Assembly (NCBI GenBank): GCA_037143475.1
Contig: JBAWYQ010000001.1
Location: 30,927 to 94,926, forward strand
DNA length: 64,000 nucleotides
Direction: 5' to 3'
Source of the DNA: Burkholderiales bacterium
GTDB taxonomy: Bacteria; Pseudomonadota; Gammaproteobacteria; Burkholderiales; Burkholderiaceae_C
Shown piece by piece: positions 18,180 to 27,362 of this stretch (the first letter of the stretch is position 1; every line of letters begins with the position of its first letter). The notes beneath the pieces were generated by a model. That model was not told where the DNA came from. It did not search any database and was given only the letters and a program-made list of their open reading frames with translations. The position numbers and the translations under genes are program-made.

Positions 18180-18646
18180 TTCTTCCTCAGTAGATTGTTC
18201 TGTTAATCAGTAGATTCTCTGTTCAATCACGAACTTCAACAGCATCAACATTCTGCTGCGACGATGCCCCGGATACTTGACTCAGCGAGCACCTAATAGT
18301 CCGTCAAATTGACTAAGCAAATTGCCATTGGGGGTGGTCGATGGCGGGCTTCATCAATGAATGACCGCATTGCGGACCAGCGCATGAACGTCCCGAGTTG
18401 GCTGAAGGCCGGTGCCCACTGTGACAAATGGCTTGCCACATCGCTGCCTTCAGATTCCTTGGTGGCAACTGCCGCTTTGGCTCAGGCAAATCGCAAATCT
18501 CTACTTCCCGTAACGCGGCATACCAGTTATCCCAAGTGCGCATTTTTGGTTCCCAACCTTGAAGATTCAGGACACATAACTTTGCTTGCGAGAGTAGTAA
18601 GTCATTGAATCTTATGGCTCCTATATGAACCAGTGACAAGCGTGGG

Positions 18647-19027
18647 CTAACCAGCCCGCACGTTATCCGCACCAAAGAAGGCCCGCATGTGCACCACCTG
18701 CCCGGCCTCGTTGAAGCGAAACACATCAATCGGGTGGATCGTCATACGCTGGCCGTTCATGGCAAAGCTGACGCTAAAGGCAAACGCCGCTTCGGATGCC
18801 ACGGCACGGATAGCACCTTCCAGCGCCACTTCCAGTTGCATGGCAACCGAGCCGGCATAGAAGGCACGGATCTCGACCAGGCCCTTCTTCGGCGGGCTGC
18901 CTACCGGATCTTCCACCACCGCATCCTCGGCATACAGGGCGACAATGGCGTCCAGATCAGCGGCATTGAGGGCGCGCACATAGGCGTGCACGGCAGCATG
19001 CATTTTTTCGGGCGTGGGCATGGGCAT
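18647..19027 (-). CDS. ksi: 3-oxo-Delta5-steroid isomerase (ketosteroid isomerase)
   Basis: 126 aa, collinear along its whole length with my recollection of C. testosteroni KSI (YV.ALNA.DLD.IVAL.A.DA.VEDPVGS ... EAAFAF.VSF ... PID.FRFN.AG.VV.MRA.FG). Catalytic Tyr, Asp (VEDP) and Asp (PID) equivalents are present. Confidence 0.9.
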   Translation of the reverse strand: MPMPTPEKMHAAVHAYVRALNAADLDAIVALYAEDAVVEDPVGSPPKKGLVEIRAFYAGSVAMQLEVALEGAIRAVASEAAFAFSVSFAMNGQRMTIHPIDVFRFNEAGQVVHMRAFFGADNVRAG

Positions 19028-19029
19028 AC

Positions 19030-19803
19030 TCAGAACTGGGTGGGACGGGTCATGGCATCGATGCCGCCATCGACATACAGCTGGATGCCATGCACAAAGC
19101 TGCTAGCCGGGCTTAGGAGAAAGGCGACGGTGGTGGCAATCTCGGACGGGTCGGCACGCCGCGCAATTGGTGCCACAAAGTTCTTGATGGCCTCGCTGAA
19201 TCGAGGGTCCTGCAGTCCGGCTTGCAGCAGAGGCGTTTCAGTGGCACCGGGCGCCACCGTGTTCAGGCGAACGCCGGCCGCACCCCACGACTTTACGCGC
19301 TTGCGCACGGCTACGGTCAGGGCGTTCTTGGAGCCGGCATAGGCCAGGTTGCCGCCTTGGGAAGCTGCTGCTTCGACGATGGCACTGACCTTGGCCTCAT
19401 CGCCAGCCTCGCATGCCTGTGCCAGCGGGTTCTTGTCCCAGGGCAGGTGCACCGAAGCTACGGAGGAAATAACCACTGCGGCCGGATTTGTTCCCCGAGA
19501 CAGCGCCGGCAGGAGCGCATCCAGCAGTTCCACCGAACCAAAGTAATTGACTGAGGCGATCAGCGAGGTCGGCACGGTTTGTCCGCCAAGCCCGGCACAC
19601 AGCACAAGTCCATCCAGCGTGCCGCCGCAGCGCTCCAGCGCCTGCCCGATGACGGCCTGGCGGCCCGCGGCGTTTGACAGGTCGCCCAGAATTTCGGCAT
19701 TGCGCAGGTCAACGCCAATGACGGTGTGGCCTGCGGCTTGCAGGGCAACTCGGGTGGCTGCGCCAATACCCGAAGCAGAGCCGGTGACGAGGGTTACGGT
19801 CAT
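19030..19803 (-). CDS. hsdA: 3alpha-hydroxysteroid dehydrogenase/carbonyl reductase
   Basis: 257-aa SDR, near-collinear with remembered C. testosteroni HsdA (GIGAATR..L.AAGH...G.D.R.AE...DLS...GR ... LDGLVLCAGLG ... GGNLAYAGSKNALTVAVRKR ... GVRLNT.APGATETPLLQAGLQDPR ... IDGGIDA..RPTQF). Adjacent to ksi as in that species. Confidence 0.9.
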   Translation of the reverse strand: MTVTLVTGSASGIGAATRVALQAAGHTVIGVDLRNAEILGDLSNAAGRQAVIGQALERCGGTLDGLVLCAGLGGQTVPTSLIASVNYFGSVELLDALLPALSRGTNPAAVVISSVASVHLPWDKNPLAQACEAGDEAKVSAIVEAAASQGGNLAYAGSKNALTVAVRKRVKSWGAAGVRLNTVAPGATETPLLQAGLQDPRFSEAIKNFVAPIARRADPSEIATTVAFLLSPASSFVHGIQLYVDGGIDAMTRPTQF

Positions 19804-19838
19804 GATGATGTCCTTTTGGGTAAATGGTTGTGCGGGTT

Positions 19839-20771
<933 letters not shown>

Positions 20772-21521
20772 TCAAATCACCTTCGCTTCATTCTTGAGTT
20801 TGTCGACCAGCGCGGCGACATCGGCCACCTTGATACCGGCGCCGCGCACCGGCGGCTCCACCACTTTGAGGGTCTTGATGCGCGGGGCAACTTCGACGCC
20901 CAGGTCTTCCGGCTTGAGGGTTTCCAGCGGCTTCTTCTTGGCCTTCATGATGTTGGGCAGGGTCACGTATCGAGGCTCGTTCAGGCGCAAATCGGTGGTG
21001 ACGATGGCGGGCAGGCTCAAGGCAAGAGATTCGGAGCCTCCATCCACTTCACGCGTGGCTTGCAGCTTGCCATCGATGATGTCCACCTTGCTGGCAAAGG
21101 TGGCTTGCGGCCAGTCGCCCAAAGCGGCCAGCATCTGGCCGGTCTGGTTGCAGTCGTCGTCAATCGCCTGCTTACCCAGCATCACCAGGCCCGGCTGTTC
21201 CTTGTCGACCAGCGCTTGGAGCAACTTGGCCACGGCCAGCGGTTGCAGTTCAGCGGTGGTTTCAACTAGGATGGCGCGGTCGGCGCCGATAGCCATGGCC
21301 GTGCGCAAAGTCTCGGCGCATTGGGCCGGGCCACAGGACACGGCGATGACCTCACTGGCCAGACCTTTTTCCTTTAGGCGCATGGCCTCTTCCACGGCGA
21401 TTTCGTCAAACGGGTTCATGCTCATTTTGACATTGGCGAGTTCGATGCCGGACTGGTCTGACTTCACACGCACCTTGACGTTGTAATCGACCACGCGCTT
21501 GACTGCGACGAGTATTTTCAT
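20772..21521 (-). CDS. etfB: Electron transfer flavoprotein beta subunit
   Basis: Starts [20 protein letters not shown] at ATG 21521. The longer ORF start at 21554 adds a non-homologous leader. Confidence 0.95.
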   Translation of the reverse strand: MKILVAVKRVVDYNVKVRVKSDQSGIELANVKMSMNPFDEIAVEEAMRLKEKGLASEVIAVSCGPAQCAETLRTAMAIGADRAILVETTAELQPLAVAKLLQALVDKEQPGLVMLGKQAIDDDCNQTGQMLAALGDWPQATFASKVDIIDGKLQATREVDGGSESLALSLPAIVTTDLRLNEPRYVTLPNIMKAKKKPLETLKPEDLGVEVAPRIKTLKVVEPPVRGAGIKVADVAALVDKLKNEAKVI

Positions 21522-21579
21522 GGGATTCTTCAATAAACAATGGACTTGGGGCAACTATCGGGCAAGCGCCGGGCGCTTG

Positions 21580-21599
21580 CAGCGTCCAAACGGACGATG
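21580..21599. promoter_or_regulatory. Island dyad site C: CAGCGTCCAAACGGACGATG
   Basis: Centred in the divergent gap, 59 nt from both the etfB start (21521) and the FadH-like start (21658). Confidence 0.55.
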
Positions 21600-21657
21600 A
21601 CTGCACGCGCAGGAGCCACACAATCAGCTGAGCCCCCCTCCACCGTAGCAGCGCACC

Positions 21658-23781
21658 ATGAACAATCCATTCTCCCCCCTCTTCCAGAGCGGCCGCATCG
21701 GCACACTGGAACTTCGCAACCGCATCGTCATGGCGCCCATGGGTTCCAATTTCGCCGAAACCGACGGCAGTTGTGGCGAGCGCATCCAGGCCTATTACGA
21801 GGCGCGCGCCCAAGGCGGCGCAGGCTTACTGACCATGGGCGTGTGCTCGGTGGCCTATCCTCACGGCACCGGCGAGCCGTTTCAGGTGGGCGTGTCGCGC
21901 GACGACTTTATTCCCGGCTTGGCCGCACTGGCCGCGCGGGTCCACCGCCACGGCGCCAAAATTGCCATGCAGATCCAGCACAGCGGTAAGAACTCGGCAC
22001 AAGACCTGGCCCAGGGCCGCGAGGTCTGGCTGCCGTCCCTGCCCAAGGCGCCGCCGGTGAGCGACATGATGGCCGCCATCACGCGCCAGGAACTGTCTAC
22101 CTTTGTCGGCATAGGCCCGCACAAGCCGCGCATGCGCGTGATGGACCAGGCCGATATCGACCAGATGATCGAATGGTTTGCCGCCGCCGCCCTGCGCGCC
22201 AAGCAGGCCGGCTTTGATGCGGTCGAGCTGCACGGTGCCCACAACTACATCCTGGCGGGCTTTCTGTCGCCCTACTACAACCAGCGCGACGACGCCTACG
22301 GCGGGCCGTTGGAGAACCGTGCGCGCGTGCTGCTGCAGACCCTGGCGGCCGTCAAAGCCCGCGTGGGCACCGACTTCCCCGTCTGGGTGCGGCTGGACGC
22401 CGAAGAGTTGCGCACCCCCGGCGGCATCACCCTGCCGGATGCGATTGCCACAGCCACGCTGTGCGAGGCGGCCGGGGCAGATGCCATCAGCGTCTCGGCC
22501 TATGCCATGCTGACCAGTGGCGTGGCGTTTACCGAAGCCCCGATCCCGCAGCAGCCGGGGGCATTTTTGTCCAACGCGGCAGCGGTCAAGCAGGCGCTGA
22601 CGATTCCGGTGATCGCATCGGGCCGCATCGAGCCCGAGGTGGCGGCCAAGGCCATCGCCCAAGGGCAGCTCGACTATGTGGCCATGGGCCGCAAGATGTT
22701 GGCCGACCCGGAGATCCCGATCAAGCTGGAGCGCAATGCACCGGAGACCGTGCGGCCCTGCATCTACTGCTATGCCTGCGTGAGCGAAATCTTTGTCAAC
22801 CGCCGCGTCAAGTGCGCGGTAAACGCTCTCACCGGCCACGAGTTTGAGGTCGCCATCACTCCCGCGCCATGCCCGAAGCATGTGCTGGTGGTGGGGGGTG
22901 GCCCGGCCGGCATGGAGGCCGCGCGCGTGGCCGCCCTGCGTGGCCACCGCGTCACCCTGGTCGAGCGCTCGGACCGGCTGGGTGGCACGCTTTTTTTTGC
23001 CGCCCTGGCCTATCCCGAAAACGGCCGCCTGCTGGACTACCTGCAACAGCAGGTGCGTGCGCTGCCGGTACAGGTGCAACTCAACACCGCGGTCGACGCC
23101 GCCTATGTGCAACAGCTGCAGCCCGACGCCATCCTGATTGCCAGCGGAGCGCGCCGCGCCGCGCCGGCGATTGCCGGTGCCACCCAAAGCCATGTCTGGA
23201 GTGGTGACGAACTGCGCCGCCTGATGACCGGTGACCGCGCCGACGAAATTGCCAAGTCCAAGCTCAATCTGGCCGAGCGCGCCATGTTCAAGGCCGGCGG
23301 CATGCTGCGCGTAACCGACAGCACACAGGCACTTCAAAGTCTGTCCAAATTGTGGATGCCCCTAGGCAAGCGCGTGGTCATCGTCGGCGGTGGCCTGGTC
23401 GGTCTGGAGCTAGCCGAATTTTTGCTGGCACGTGGTCGCCAGGTCACGGTGCTGGAGCCGGGCGAGCGCGCCGGCGTGGAGCTGTCCATCGTGCGACGCT
23501 GGCGCGTGCTGGACGCCGTCAAATCGCATGGCGTGCTGCAACTGCGGGCCCAGGTCAGCGAAATCACCCGCAACGAAGTGCTGTGGACCGACAGGGCCGG
23601 TGCCGAACAACGCACAGCGGCCGACTCGGTCGTGCTGGCTATCGGTGCCGAGGCAGATGACGCAGTGGCCGTGGCGCTGGCCGACTGCGGCGTGCCGCTG
23701 CGACGCATCGGCGATTGCGCCAGCGTCAACTACATCGAAGGTGCCATGCACGAAGGCAACCGCGCCGGGCGCGAGATTTAA
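21658..23781 (+). CDS. FadH/BaiH-type NADH:flavin oxidoreductase (OYE domain + 4Fe-4S + FAD/NAD(P) domain)
   Basis: 707 aa. N-terminal OYE TIM barrel (NRIVMAPM, HGAHNYILAGFLSP), Cys cluster RPCIYCYACV, two Rossmann GxGxxG motifs (VVGGGPAGMEAA, IVGGGLVGLELAE). Confidence 0.9.
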   Translation: MNNPFSPLFQSGRIGTLELRNRIVMAPMGSNFAETDGSCGERIQAYYEARAQGGAGLLTMGVCSVAYPHGTGEPFQVGVSRDDFIPGLAALAARVHRHGAKIAMQIQHSGKNSAQDLAQGREVWLPSLPKAPPVSDMMAAITRQELSTFVGIGPHKPRMRVMDQADIDQMIEWFAAAALRAKQAGFDAVELHGAHNYILAGFLSPYYNQRDDAYGGPLENRARVLLQTLAAVKARVGTDFPVWVRLDAEELRTPGGITLPDAIATATLCEAAGADAISVSAYAMLTSGVAFTEAPIPQQPGAFLSNAAAVKQALTIPVIASGRIEPEVAAKAIAQGQLDYVAMGRKMLADPEIPIKLERNAPETVRPCIYCYACVSEIFVNRRVKCAVNALTGHEFEVAITPAPCPKHVLVVGGGPAGMEAARVAALRGHRVTLVERSDRLGGTLFFAALAYPENGRLLDYLQQQVRALPVQVQLNTAVDAAYVQQLQPDAILIASGARRAAPAIAGATQSHVWSGDELRRLMTGDRADEIAKSKLNLAERAMFKAGGMLRVTDSTQALQSLSKLWMPLGKRVVIVGGGLVGLELAEFLLARGRQVTVLEPGERAGVELSIVRRWRVLDAVKSHGVLQLRAQVSEITRNEVLWTDRAGAEQRTAADSVVLAIGAEADDAVAVALADCGVPLRRIGDCASVNYIEGAMHEGNRAGREI

Positions 23782-23826
23782 AACGACGCCCGTTGCCGAA
23801 ATGCGGCAGCGGGTGCGCACTGTGCT

Positions 23827-24594
23827 TTAGAAGTTCGGCGCCTCCAGGCCGCCATCCACGCCCAGCACCTTGCCGGTGATCCAGCTGGAGGCTGGCGACG
23901 ACAGAAACAGCACGGCGGCGGCGATATCCTCGGGCTGGCCCAGCCGACCCAGAGGCGTGGTTTTCTCCATGCGCTCGCGTCGCTCGGGGGTCAGGAACGG
24001 CGCCAGAGCGTCGGTCAGGATGGTGCCGGGCTCGATGGCGTTAATGCGCACCAGCGGGCCAAAATCCTGCGCCAGGTTGCGCGTTAACTGGTTGAGTGCG
24101 GCCTTGGCGGCACCGTAGGCGCTGAAGCTTTTTTGCGCATAGCGTGCGGCCACCGAGCTGATGTTGACCACCGCGCCACCCCCTGCATCGCGCATGGCGG
24201 GGATGGTTTTTTGAATCAGCGTGTAGGCCGGCACCACATTCCAGGCCAGCACCCGGACCAGATCATCGCCCGTCATCTTCAGCGGATTGTTCGGGCCAGC
24301 GCCACCGGCGTTGTTGATGAGAATGGTGATTTTGCCCAACTCAGCGAGCGTGCGCGCGACCACCGCGTCTTGCGCGGCAGCCTCACTGATGTCGCCGGCC
24401 ACCGTGATGGCCCGCCGGCCCATTGCGCGGATCTCTCCGGCTACGCTGTCCAGATCGGACTGGGTGCGCGCGCACAACGCGACATCGGCACCGGCACCGG
24501 CCAATGCCAGCGCGCAAGCGCGCCCTATGCCCTTGCCCGCACCGGTCACGATGGCCACCTGCCCGTGCATAGAAAACAGCATGCTTGTGTTCAT
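23827..24594 (-). CDS. SDR; 7alpha-hydroxysteroid dehydrogenase-like
   Basis: ATG 24594 follows the aldehyde dehydrogenase stop (24606). VAIVTGAGKGIGRA, LINNAGGAGP, YGAAKAA. The C-terminal block IEPGTILTDAL..FLTPE....ME..TPLGRLGQPEDIA.AVLFLSSPASSWITG closely parallels remembered E. coli HdhA. The family call is secure; the substrate call is tentative. Confidence 0.8.
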   Translation of the reverse strand: MNTSMLFSMHGQVAIVTGAGKGIGRACALALAGAGADVALCARTQSDLDSVAGEIRAMGRRAITVAGDISEAAAQDAVVARTLAELGKITILINNAGGAGPNNPLKMTGDDLVRVLAWNVVPAYTLIQKTIPAMRDAGGGAVVNISSVAARYAQKSFSAYGAAKAALNQLTRNLAQDFGPLVRINAIEPGTILTDALAPFLTPERRERMEKTTPLGRLGQPEDIAAAVLFLSSPASSWITGKVLGVDGGLEAPNF

Positions 24595-24605
24595 GGGTGC
24601 TGACT

Positions 24606-26039
24606 TCAGGAAGTGATGGCACCACGGATCATCTGCACGAAGTTGTCGCTGTACGGGGGCAACATGCCCCACTCGCGGCGCGGGTCGTGGGCGCCGGCGC
24701 TGTAGACGGCACGCGCATGGCTGAACTCCAGAAATCCTTCATGGCCGTGGTAGTGGCCCATGCCGGATGCGCCGACGCCGCCGAAAGGTGCATCGTGCAG
24801 GGCCGGGTGCATGGTCACGTCATTGATGGACACACCGCCCGACAGCGTGTGGTCAAGCACCCATTGCTGCTCGGCTGCATCATTGCCAAAGTAGTACAAG
24901 GCCAAGGGCCGTTCGCCCGCGTTGAGCTCTGTCACGGCCTCGGACAATTCGCCATAGGTGCGCACCACCAGGGCCGGCCCGAAAATTTCATGACATGCAA
25001 TCTGGCTTTCCGCAGGCGGATTGACCACCAGACGCAAAGGCATGCGGCGTTGCTCCGCGCCTTCGGCGGTGGGCCAACCACCGGCCATCACCACACGGGC
25101 GCCACGTGCACCTGCATCCGCCACATAGGACTCGATGCGGGCGAAATGACGGTCATTCACCACGGGAGTAACGTCTGCGTTGTCAGCAATCGTCGGGTAC
25201 TGGTCGCTGTAGAACGCCTGCAATCCGGCCAGCAAATCTTCCAGTTGTGAGGTGTGCACCCAGGCCACATCGGGTGACACGCACAGTTGACCCGAGTTGA
25301 GGGCCTTGCCCACGGCGATGCGGTCGGCCACATTGCGAATATCGGCACTGCGCCCGATCAACACCGGCGATTTGCCACCCAACTCCAGCGTCACCGGCAC
25401 CAGGTTTTCAGCGGCAGCCAGCATGACGCGTTTGCCCACGGCGGTGGAGCCTGTAAAGACCAGGTGGTTCCAGGCTTGCTGCGAAAAATCCGCTGCTGCT
25501 TCCGGTCCGCCGGTTACCACGGCCAGTTCTTCCGGGGCAAAGGCTTCAGCCACTGCAGTAGCCAGCACATCCGCCGTGCGCGGCGCAATCTCCGAAGGTT
25601 TGAGCACGGCCCGGTTGCCCGCCGCCAGTACGCTGGCCAGCGGCGACAAGAGGGTGAACAGCGGCGCATTCCATGTGCCGATGATGCCCACCACTCCCTT
25701 GGGCTGGTATTTGACCCAGGCCGTGGCACCAAAATTGTCAAAGGGTGACACGCTGGGCCGGGGCTGGTCGGGCAGCCAGCGCTCGAGGTTGTCGCGCGCA
25801 TGCTTGAGTGAGGCCAGCGAACCCGCCACGTCATTCATCATCGAGAAGACAGCCGGGCGGCCACCAAAGTCGTCTCCCATCGCTTCACACAAAGCATCGT
25901 TGTGTTTGACCAGCAAATCAATCACGCGTTGGAGTCGGTCCCGCCGCTCCGCCACACTGACCTGCCCCTCGTTACGGAAAGCGGTTTGCTGTGCCGCGAG
26001 CAGTGCGCGAGCGCTTGAATTGGCAACATGGGTGGACAT
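24606..26039 (-). CDS. NAD(P)-dependent aldehyde dehydrogenase (steroid side-chain aldehyde dehydrogenase candidate)
   Basis: ATG 26039 with AGGAG RBS (ORF track starts at 26087). Catalytic blocks LELGGKSP and GQLCVSPD; class-3/coniferyl-aldehyde-DH-like length. Confidence 0.9.
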   Translation of the reverse strand: MSTHVANSSARALLAAQQTAFRNEGQVSVAERRDRLQRVIDLLVKHNDALCEAMGDDFGGRPAVFSMMNDVAGSLASLKHARDNLERWLPDQPRPSVSPFDNFGATAWVKYQPKGVVGIIGTWNAPLFTLLSPLASVLAAGNRAVLKPSEIAPRTADVLATAVAEAFAPEELAVVTGGPEAAADFSQQAWNHLVFTGSTAVGKRVMLAAAENLVPVTLELGGKSPVLIGRSADIRNVADRIAVGKALNSGQLCVSPDVAWVHTSQLEDLLAGLQAFYSDQYPTIADNADVTPVVNDRHFARIESYVADAGARGARVVMAGGWPTAEGAEQRRMPLRLVVNPPAESQIACHEIFGPALVVRTYGELSEAVTELNAGERPLALYYFGNDAAEQQWVLDHTLSGGVSINDVTMHPALHDAPFGGVGASGMGHYHGHEGFLEFSHARAVYSAGAHDPRREWGMLPPYSDNFVQMIRGAITS

Positions 26040-26119
26040 CTGGACTCCTGAATATTCGGTTGGCATGAGGGACGAAATCGTACCCATGTCATGACATTAG
26101 CAGAGCCCACCGGGGTGCA

Positions 26120-26139
26120 CTTCGTCCAAAGGGACGATG
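26120..26139. promoter_or_regulatory. Island dyad site D: CTTCGTCCAAAGGGACGATG
   Basis: In the divergent gap between the aldehyde dehydrogenase (start 26039) and the SDR (start 26171). Confidence 0.55.
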
Positions 26140-26170
26140 GCATCGGCCTTGCGGCATTGCACCATGGCGC

Positions 26171-27007
26171 ATGAACCCGATAAACCCTGTTGTACTGATC
26201 ACCGGCGCCAGCCGGGGCATTGGCGCCGCCGCCGCCGTCGCCTTTGGCCGGGCCGGCTGGCGTGTGGCGATCACCGCGCGCAGCCTGACCGAAGGGGTGG
26301 AGCATGCCCACCAGTTACGCCGACCCGATGGCCGCCTGATGACGGGCAGCCTGGCCAGCACGACCCACGCCGTGGAGGCTACGGGCAGCCCGGTCTTTGC
26401 ACACACCATGGACCTGATGGACATGGCTTCCATGGACCGCGCACTCGAGGCGGCCCTGGCGCATTTTGGCCGGGTTGACCTGTTGATCAACAACGGGGTC
26501 TACCAGGACCGCGAGATGAACGCGCTGCTGCTGGACCTGGAAGATGCGGCCCTGCAACGCACGCTGCAAGGCAATGTGATGGCACCGTTGCATTTGACGC
26601 GCCGCCTGCTTCCTGCCTTCATCGCACAGGGCGGCGGACAAGTCATCAACGTCTGCTCCGGTGCCGGTAAAAACGATCCGCCAGTTCCGGCCGACCAGGG
26701 TGGCTGGGGCTTTGCCTACGGCGCGTCAAAAGCGGCGCTGGCCCGCCTGGCCGGCTGCATCAACCGCGAGCTCGGCAACCAGGGGCTGCGCGCCTTTAGC
26801 GTTAACCCGGGGCTAGTGACCACCGAAGCCGTGCAAGCCACTCTGGGCGACGACGGTGTGCTGGCAAAACGCTACGGTGCGATGCCACCCGAGGCCATTG
26901 CACAAGCCCTGCTCTGGCTAGCCACCGACGCGCGCGCGCCGGCACTGGCCAAGAGCCCGGACATGATTGACCTCCAGGTACTGGTAAAGCAGTACGGGTT
27001 GGCGTAA
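26171..27007 (+). CDS. SDR-family oxidoreductase
   Basis: 278 aa; VVLITGASRGIGAA, YGASKAAL. Confidence 0.85.
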   Translation: MNPINPVVLITGASRGIGAAAAVAFGRAGWRVAITARSLTEGVEHAHQLRRPDGRLMTGSLASTTHAVEATGSPVFAHTMDLMDMASMDRALEAALAHFGRVDLLINNGVYQDREMNALLLDLEDAALQRTLQGNVMAPLHLTRRLLPAFIAQGGGQVINVCSGAGKNDPPVPADQGGWGFAYGASKAALARLAGCINRELGNQGLRAFSVNPGLVTTEAVQATLGDDGVLAKRYGAMPPEAIAQALLWLATDARAPALAKSPDMIDLQVLVKQYGLA

Positions 27008-27282
27008 GGCCGCACTCGGGAAAGCTGCCCGCAAGAGGCACGATGGGGTCGGTGTCTGCACGGTGGCCACCCTGGCCATTGCAGCCACCACAACAGTGGT
27101 GCTGCGGAGATTCGGGTCCGTCGCCGCACTGAGTCGTAGCGACCCATTGCGGTTACACGCTGCGGTTAAGTAGTCGGCAGGAACGCAGCGTTGCACCTCT
27201 TGCTAATCCATCCGCCATCCGCTCCAAAACACGCCTGCAACCTCGACCGAGGACCCACATAGCGCCCGCCCTGTCTGCCCGA

Positions 27283-27302
27283 TCTAGTCCAAACAGGGGA
27301 TG
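27283..27302. promoter_or_regulatory. Island dyad site E (weaker): TCTAGTCCAAACAGGGGATG
   Basis: 61 nt upstream of the Rieske oxygenase ATG. Left arm is the TAGTC variant and the right arm is degenerate. Confidence 0.35.
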
Positions 27303-27362
27303 TTTGAAGTGCCGCGCTCCTTGAATATCCATGTCATAAATCACTTTCAAACTGGAGCACAC

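Noticed and set aside
18247-18266. Half-match to the island dyad (AACATTCTGCTGCGACGATG) about 68 nt upstream of the VOC gene.
   Set aside because: Only the right arm (GACGATG) matches and the left arm scores 3/7. A single heptamer is expected by chance in this amount of DNA.
18309-18729. Overlapping ORFs 18309-18608(+) and 18313-18729(-) in the gap between the VOC gene and ksi.
   Set aside because: There is no RBS and no recognisable family. The ORFs mutually overlap, and the minus one runs into the ksi 3' end. No support beyond being open.
23782-23826. Imperfect hairpin CCCGTTGCCGaaatGCGGCAGCGGG between convergent genes, as a possible terminator.
   Set aside because: The stem has mismatches and there is no flanking T/A run. 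The evidence is not strong enough to call.
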